Positions 58,389 through 64,000 of a DNA stretch of 64,000 bases are shown piece by piece. The notes beneath the pieces were generated by a model. The model saw only the letters and a program-made list of their open reading frames with translations, did no database searches and was not told the origin of the DNA. How positions within the stretch are numbered: position 1 is the stretch's first letter; the number at the start of each line of letters is the position of its first letter. Origin of the DNA: an uncultured Verrucomicrobiae bacterium (GTDB lineage Bacteria; Verrucomicrobiota; Verrucomicrobiia; Chthoniobacterales; JAFAMB01). Both the position numbers and the translations under genes were made by a program. The stretch is from NCBI GenBank assembly GCA_963837955.1, contig CAWIPH010000002.1:1792001-1856000 (forward strand), written 5' to 3'.

Positions 58389-61208
58389 GTGCTTCCCCCG
58401 ATGCCGGAACCATTCGAGTTTGAGCACTACCAGCTTCTGCGAAATGAAGATGGATCTCTCGTCGAACTCGGACGAGGTGCGATGGGGATTACCTATAAGG
58501 CTTTCGACACGAGCCTGCGCTGCAATGTCGCGCTGAAGGTAATCACCGGAACTCTGCTGGAGGATGCAACCGCTGGCGAACGTTTCCTCCGGGAGGCGCG
58601 TAGCGCTGCCCAGTTGCGACACCGGAACGTCGCTTCGGTATTCCATCTCGGTAAACACGGCACCGGCTATTTTTACTCAATGGAGTTTATTGACGGGGAA
58701 ACCGTTGCTGCCCGTGTGAAACGCGATGGACCGCTCGACTGTCTCTTTTCCCTCGATATCGCTCAGCAGGTAGCCTCCGCTTTAATCGCTGCGGAAAAAC
58801 AGCACCTTGTTCATCGGGACATCAAACCGTCGAACCTGATGCTGGTTCGTGAGGGGGACGGTGAGATCTCGGTTAAAGTAATCGACTTCGGTCTCGCCAA
58901 ATCTGTAGTCAGGCAGTCGACAGGGGCCGGAGCCCTGACTATGAGCGGGTTCGTGGGTACACCGTATTTTGCCAGTCCGGAGCAGCTGGACCGGCAAGAC
59001 GAAGATATTCGATCGGACATTTATTCTCTTGGGATCACGCTCTGGTTCATGCTCACTGGCAAACCAACATTTATCGGTTCGATGGCCAGCGTGATCGCGC
59101 AGCATCTGGATCGAGCGCCGCCGTTCGACTCGCTGGCTATCCTTCCCGCAGAAATCGTTTCCGTGCTGCGGCGGATGTTGGAAAAAGATCGAGCGCGCCG
59201 TATTCAAACGGCAGCAGAATTGCGCTCTGAACTCAGATCCTGCGCCGAACGACTCCGCGGTCAGCAAGCGCCGGAAAAGTTGCCAAGGCCGGGTGACTGG
59301 AACTTCGAGACGATTGAGCTAACTAGCACCCACGCGTCCAGTTTGTTGCCACCGGCGGGTGCGTTACTAAAAGAGCGATACCGTTTGCTGGAAGATCTCG
59401 ATCCGGGGAATCCGGGACACAGCTACCACGGCGAGGACGTCAAGACCAGAACGCGCGTTGCTATCCGTGTTTTTCAGCTTGAACCGGAAATTCTCACGCA
59501 GATTGAAGAGGAAGCAAAACGTATCCAAGGCACTTCTAATCCGAACTTTCTCAAACTTCTCACTATCGAACGAGAAAGATCTTTCAGTTTCGCTGTGCTG
59601 GAATGGTTGGAAGGCTTTCCTCTGGTCGACCTGCTGCGGGCTCGCCGCGCGCTCACCTTGCGGGAAACGTGCATGCTGCTCAAACAAATCGCTCCTGCAG
59701 TCGACGAGGCGGTCGCGTTGAATCTTAATCTGGAAATGAATCTGCGCGATATTCTGGTTCATTTTCCGGAAGGCTTCGGAGAACCGGTAGCGGACATTGT
59801 CCTGCGATGTCCACTCGACGAGTGGCCGCCGTTCGTGGTGAAACTTGATGCTCTCGGGGACTTGAATGAACTCGAGGAATCCGCCACGCACGCAGGCGAA
59901 CAGACAGTCGGCAGCAGTCTGCAGGGACAGCAGGCAGTGATTCGACTCGGCATCCTTGTCTACGAGCTTCTCGGTGGTAAGCCGGGAGGATTCGCGCCGC
60001 TGGCGAACACTTCGGAGGAGGGAAATCGTATCCTCCGGCAGGCGCTGACGCCCGGACGAAGCTTTGCCACTGCCCGTGAGTTCTACGACGCCCTGAGTGC
60101 AATCTCGGATACGAAGCCGGCGACAAGCGCGGGGATCCTTCGACCGCCCAAGCTTGAGCCATCGAAGCCAGCCGGTCCAGACTCGACCGTAGTTCCATCG
60201 GTTTTGGGAGAGTCGATCGCGAGGTCTCCGGTTGCGGCGATAACCCGAACGGTAGCGAAGAATCGTTTACCGGCACTGGTGGCTCTCCTGTTCTTGGGCC
60301 TTGCGGGCGCCGCTGGTCTTTTCTGGTTATTCCTATTCCGATCACCCGGCCCCAGCCCAGAGCTGCCGGTCGTCAAGCCTACCGCGACACAGAGCAATCC
60401 GCTGGTCGCTAGGCCGCCTCTGGTCGCTGGAAAGCCTTGGGCCAACAGTCTGGAGATGCAGTTCGTGCCGCTCGGCCAGGTTCATTTTGCGGTCTGGCAA
60501 ACCCGGGCGCGCGACTTCGAGGCATTTGTCCAAGCCACCGCATATGACGCGGTCGGAGGGATGTCATCGGTCGTTACTCAGAATGGATTCAAGGCGAATA
60601 CACTCAGCTGGAAGAATCCCGGGTTCGCTCAGACGTCCGATCACCCTGTGGTCGGTGTCAGCTGGGAAGATGCAAACCAGTTTTGCGAATGGCTCACCCG
60701 CAAGGAGCGGAGTGAGGGCCTTTTGCGGGCATTCCAGAGCTACCGGCTACCAACTGACTCTGAATGGAGCCAAGCGATCGGGTTAACGCGGGAGACAGGT
60801 GCGACGCCCGAAGAGCGCAGTGGCGGCATCAAAAACGTCTACCCATGGGGCAACGCCTTTCCGCCGCCGAATGACTTCGGTAACTACGCAGGCAGTGAGT
60901 CACGCGCCGATGCGCCGAATAACTGGACGATTATCGCCGGTTATCATGATGCCTTTCCCCGGACCGGGCCAGTCACAGCATTCAAACCCAACCAGCGCGG
61001 CCTATCGGCTTTGGGTGGCAATGTCTGGGAATGGTGTCAGGACAAATACCGAACTACGATGAACTGGCGGACGCTGCGCGGCGGTTCCTGGGCAACATCG
61101 CGGGCCGAAGAAACACTCTCTTCCTATCGACGCGGATACGATCCGTATTTTCGTAGTGACGAAGTTGGTTTCCGCTGCGTTATCTCCTCAGACGGAGCAC
61201 AACAATGA
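58389..61208 (+). CDS. Ser/Thr protein kinase with pseudokinase, TM and FGE-sulfatase (SUMF1) domain
   Basis: LGRGAMG, VALK, HRDIKPSN, DFG and GTPYFASPE; degenerate second kinase fold; TM; HPVVGVSW, RLPTDSEW, GNVWEW, RGGSW and GFRC. Confidence 0.93.
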   Translation: MLPPMPEPFEFEHYQLLRNEDGSLVELGRGAMGITYKAFDTSLRCNVALKVITGTLLEDATAGERFLREARSAAQLRHRNVASVFHLGKHGTGYFYSMEFIDGETVAARVKRDGPLDCLFSLDIAQQVASALIAAEKQHLVHRDIKPSNLMLVREGDGEISVKVIDFGLAKSVVRQSTGAGALTMSGFVGTPYFASPEQLDRQDEDIRSDIYSLGITLWFMLTGKPTFIGSMASVIAQHLDRAPPFDSLAILPAEIVSVLRRMLEKDRARRIQTAAELRSELRSCAERLRGQQAPEKLPRPGDWNFETIELTSTHASSLLPPAGALLKERYRLLEDLDPGNPGHSYHGEDVKTRTRVAIRVFQLEPEILTQIEEEAKRIQGTSNPNFLKLLTIERERSFSFAVLEWLEGFPLVDLLRARRALTLRETCMLLKQIAPAVDEAVALNLNLEMNLRDILVHFPEGFGEPVADIVLRCPLDEWPPFVVKLDALGDLNELEESATHAGEQTVGSSLQGQQAVIRLGILVYELLGGKPGGFAPLANTSEEGNRILRQALTPGRSFATAREFYDALSAISDTKPATSAGILRPPKLEPSKPAGPDSTVVPSVLGESIARSPVAAITRTVAKNRLPALVALLFLGLAGAAGLFWLFLFRSPGPSPELPVVKPTATQSNPLVARPPLVAGKPWANSLEMQFVPLGQVHFAVWQTRARDFEAFVQATAYDAVGGMSSVVTQNGFKANTLSWKNPGFAQTSDHPVVGVSWEDANQFCEWLTRKERSEGLLRAFQSYRLPTDSEWSQAIGLTRETGATPEERSGGIKNVYPWGNAFPPPNDFGNYAGSESRADAPNNWTIIAGYHDAFPRTGPVTAFKPNQRGLSALGGNVWEWCQDKYRTTMNWRTLRGGSWATSRAEETLSSYRRGYDPYFRSDEVGFRCVISSDGAQQ

Positions 61209-62122
61209 AATTAGTTACGTTTAACCTTATCTTTATTCCGATCCTTGCTCTCTGTCTGGGCGCGGTCGGTTACATCGCTCAGCAAGCGATGCTGCAAGCT
61301 GCCCGCCAGCATGTCGCCCAGAATGCTCGGATCATCATGGAGACCGCTCTTTCCAGCCGGACTTACACCACCAAACAAGTTGCGCCGTTGCTGTTGCAAA
61401 AAAATTTCAAGCTCCAGACGGCAGTGGCCGAACTTCGGAAAACAATCGAAGAGGTACCGAAAACGGTTGACCAAAACGTACCGAGCGACGTTCGGACCAG
61501 CCTAAAAAAAGGTTTTGTTCTGGGCCAGCAGCACGCCCTGACGGCGCTCGAACAGTTTGTAACCGCGGTCAAAGGGAAGTCGGATGAATTGCTCGACAAC
61601 GAGTTTCATCCGCAATCTGTTCCGGCATTCGCGGCAACCGAGATATTCGGTTATCTCCGGCAGAAATTTCCGAACTACTTCTATAAAGAAGCGACCCTGA
61701 ACCCAACAAACCCGCGGAATCGGGCTACCGATTGGGAGACGGATGTCGTCAACCAATTTAGGGGTGACTCGGCGCAAACCGAGATCATGGCCACTCGCGA
61801 TACACCGAATGGGCTGTCACTTTTTCTGGCCCGCCCGATCAAGGTTAACAACGTCAGCTGTCTCGAGTGCCATAGTACCGCTGATAAAGCGCCGGTAGAA
61901 ATGATCAAGCTCTACGGTACGGCGAACGGGTTTGGCTGGAAAATGGACGATATTATCGGCGCTCAGATCGTCTCGGTACCGATGTCGGTGCCGGTCCAAT
62001 TAGCGGAAGACTCTTTTCGGATGCTTGTGTTCTGGTTAGCCGGCGCGTTTGTCGTGATCCTTGCTATCGCGAACATCTTGTTGGCGGTATTAAGCCGGCC
62101 GGCCAAAGGCGACAGCAAATAG
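61205..62122 (+). CDS. DUF3365 (Tll0287-like) heme-c membrane sensor
   Basis: Two TM helices flanking YKEATLNPTNPRNRA and CLECH (CxxCH); ATGA overlap with the kinase. Confidence 0.85.
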   Translation: MKLVTFNLIFIPILALCLGAVGYIAQQAMLQAARQHVAQNARIIMETALSSRTYTTKQVAPLLLQKNFKLQTAVAELRKTIEEVPKTVDQNVPSDVRTSLKKGFVLGQQHALTALEQFVTAVKGKSDELLDNEFHPQSVPAFAATEIFGYLRQKFPNYFYKEATLNPTNPRNRATDWETDVVNQFRGDSAQTEIMATRDTPNGLSLFLARPIKVNNVSCLECHSTADKAPVEMIKLYGTANGFGWKMDDIIGAQIVSVPMSVPVQLAEDSFRMLVFWLAGAFVVILAIANILLAVLSRPAKGDSK

Positions 62123-62200
62123 CGTAGGGAAGGGCGTTTCCGGCTGCGCATCCCCTGTGCGTGTGCGTGGCGTCAGATCTTAGGCCGATGTTGCCCTCTG

Positions 62201-62320
62201 CCGGGAGGGATCGCGTCCTCGCGATCCGCGGCGCACGAGGATCCGACGCCGCGCGCAAGCATTCTGCACCAGGCATCCGAAAGGCTATGTCGGACAGGCT
62301 GTGCGCCCTCCCCGCCCGGG
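62201..62320. repeat. Family A element, one-armed form
   Basis: Core plus right arm (CGAGGATCCGACG...GGCTATGTCGGACAGGCTGTGCGCC) as at 5468-5539; left arm absent. Confidence 0.8.
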
Positions 62321-62405
62321 CTTTTAACCCCGGGAAACGCGTTCCAAATGCCGCGCCCTGAAAGCGGCGCTAGAATAGAGGTCCCATTAGAGCGGTCCGG
62401 TTTTC

Positions 62406-62433
62406 TTGACTTCGCTCGCCTTGGCGCTAGCTT
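62406..62433 (+). promoter_or_regulatory. Sigma70-type promoter of the tRNA
   Basis: TTGACT-N16-TAGCTT, 12 nt upstream of the tRNA. Confidence 0.55.
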
Positions 62434-62445
62434 CTCGGTCTCTCC

Positions 62446-62519
62446 GCACCCATAGCTCAATTGGATAGAGCGCAAGTCTACGGAACTTGAGGTTGCATGT
62501 TCGAGCCATGCTGGGTGCA
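62446..62519 (+). tRNA. tRNA-Arg (ACG)
   Basis: Acceptor GCACCCA/TGGGTGC, D-arm GCTC/GAGC, anticodon arm CAAGT-CTACGGA-ACTTG, T-loop TTCGAGC; CCA not encoded. Confidence 0.96.
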
Positions 62520-62782
62520 GATCAGCTACCAAAGCCAATCGGCGACGGTTAGACAAGCTGACAAAATCAACAGGCGGAAAACCGGTATCCTCGTTTCTCG
62601 GTTGGCTTGCGCTTCCCGATCAGTCTGGCGTTAATCTTTATGTGTGGACCGCTGTTGTCGTTGAAGGACTAACGTAAGTAGCGTATTCCCAGATTTGAGA
62701 GCCTTGGATTATTCGAAAAGCCATCTTCGTTGCGCGGAATTCAGGAGGTTTAACTAAAAGACCTTCTAAAAATTCAAAAAGG

Positions 62783-63451
62783 ATGGCACAATCCCGCCCC
62801 GTGAACGGCAAAGCTTCGGAGTGGTCGAGACGCGATTTTGTTAAGCGCGCTTTCGCGGCTGGCGTAGCAACCATGGCGCTCGGTTGCCTTCCCTGTCAGT
62901 CTCAAACAGTAACATGCCGCGTTGCTCTTCTGGGCGCAGATCCATATGGCCGTAGGGTTTTACGGTCGCTTCTGCATGTCCCGAATACCGAGCTTGTGGC
63001 TCTGTGGCATGACGATCAGCGGCACTTACTGATGGCTGCCGAGAGAGTCGAACAAATCGCGTACTCCACGCCTCGAGCCTATGTCGATCATCTTGAACTA
63101 CTCAACCGAGAACATGTTGATTTGGTGATTGTTGCTGCACCGAACGGAGAACACGGCACGCAAATCGCCGCCGCCATGACACATGCCTCCCACGTGCTCA
63201 TTGTTCAACCAGTCTGCCGAACGATTAACGGACTTGGCCACCTCACATCCGCTCAGCTTCGCCGAGGGCGCTTCGTCCAAGTAGGTCGCGAGATACGTTT
63301 AGTCCCGGAACTGGTTTCTCTGTCTGAACTCGTTCAAGATAGGCTCAGTGTTACAAATGCTCGCCCGACCTCATCTGCCAGCCTGCAGGGCCGAGCACGC
63401 GATGGCCGGGTCTTTTCTGAATGGGCCGTCTGGGTAGAGCATCTTGTGTAG
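62783..63451 (+). CDS. Tat-signal Gfo/Idh/MocA-like Rossmann domain, short and degenerate
   Basis: SRRDFVK; RVALLG and VDLVIVAAPNGEH; the EKP motif reads VQP and the C-domain is largely missing. Confidence 0.65.
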   Translation: MAQSRPVNGKASEWSRRDFVKRAFAAGVATMALGCLPCQSQTVTCRVALLGADPYGRRVLRSLLHVPNTELVALWHDDQRHLLMAAERVEQIAYSTPRAYVDHLELLNREHVDLVIVAAPNGEHGTQIAAAMTHASHVLIVQPVCRTINGLGHLTSAQLRRGRFVQVGREIRLVPELVSLSELVQDRLSVTNARPTSSASLQGRARDGRVFSEWAVWVEHLV

Positions 63452-63513
63452 CGGCCCCTGAAAGATCGATTGCATACCCTGCCTTGGCTTAAACATCAGC
63501 GCTTGCAACCTCT

Positions 63514-64000
63514 ATGAGCACGATTGTCGAACCGACTGACGCACAACTACAGGCACTGGTCGAACCTTATCTGAGTAAACAAACCAGCGGCTTGGCATTT
63601 GCCATTGGTTGCGCGAGCCCGACTTTTCAAAAGCTTTTTGTCCAAGGGAGCCTTTTCAATCAAAATAATGTGGAGCTGGAGTTAGGACCAAATACCTATT
63701 TTGAGCTCGGCTCACTCAGTAAGACCTTCACCACCACCCTTTGTGCATTCCTCGGAGGTCAACACCAACCAAAATGGGAAGAGCAGAGTGTTAAGGATTA
63801 TGGTCGCGGCTTTAAGCGAGATGGAATACAGGTCGGTTCGCAGTTTCATCCGATCCCATTGTTAGCCCTCGCCAATTTCACCTCAGGTTTACCGGCAGAT
63901 AACCTGGGCAGTAAAGGGACCGTACCGAAATTCTTGCCCATTCCTTACTCACCGGCAGCGATGTTAGGATACCTCAATGGGACAACCACCCTTAAGCCCA
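63514..64000 (+). CDS. Serine hydrolase, class C beta-lactamase-like (runs off the window)
   Basis: Manual translation from ATG 63514: TYFELGSLSKTFT (SxxK) and LANFTSGLP. Confidence 0.85.
   Translation, partial: MSTIVEPTDAQLQALVEPYLSKQTSGLAFAIGCASPTFQKLFVQGSLFNQNNVELELGPNTYFELGSLSKTFTTTLCAFLGGQHQPKWEEQSVKDYGRGFKRDGIQVGSQFHPIPLLALANFTSGLPADNLGSKGTVPKFLPIPYSPAAMLGYLNGTTTLKP

Noticed and set aside
62446..64000. Integrative element at tRNA-Arg
   Set aside because: No integrase and no duplicated tRNA 3' end seen within the window.

Overview
Bacterial chromosomal window. Gene content and intergenic repeat style suggest a soil Verrucomicrobiota (Chthoniobacterales-like) genome; this is inference. 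In order: a partial LacI regulator divergent from a reduced Nit1C nitrilase/radical-SAM cluster (nitB-C-D-G-H, no nitE/nitF here); a LacI regulator and a Tat-exported beta-carbonic anhydrase; several hypothetical genes; an ECF sigma/anti-sigma module whose candidate promoter motif (GGGAATA...GTC) occurs five times in the window; araB, a FucI-like isomerase and araD; a general-stress/phosphorelay cluster (DUF1328, CsbD, YciF, receivers, PAS-GAF kinase); an orphan PBP2; an idonate-type dehydrogenase; a visibly GC-richer block with a frameshifted degenerate cyclase plus MscS-cNMP channel, convergent with two giant uncharacterised genes (988 and 1414 aa, the best candidate for an undescribed system); a disulfide reductase; a membrane-anchored TPR giant; an MDR oxidoreductase/GlxA pair; a phosphoesterase; tatA; a Ser/Thr kinase-FGE protein coupled to a heme-c DUF3365 protein; tRNA-Arg(ACG); and a partial serine hydrolase. 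Intergenic DNA carries several REP/MITE-like palindromic families and 7-/9-bp periodic repeats. No CRISPR array, rRNA, transposase or integrase was seen. All family calls come from motif recognition by eye, not database searches.
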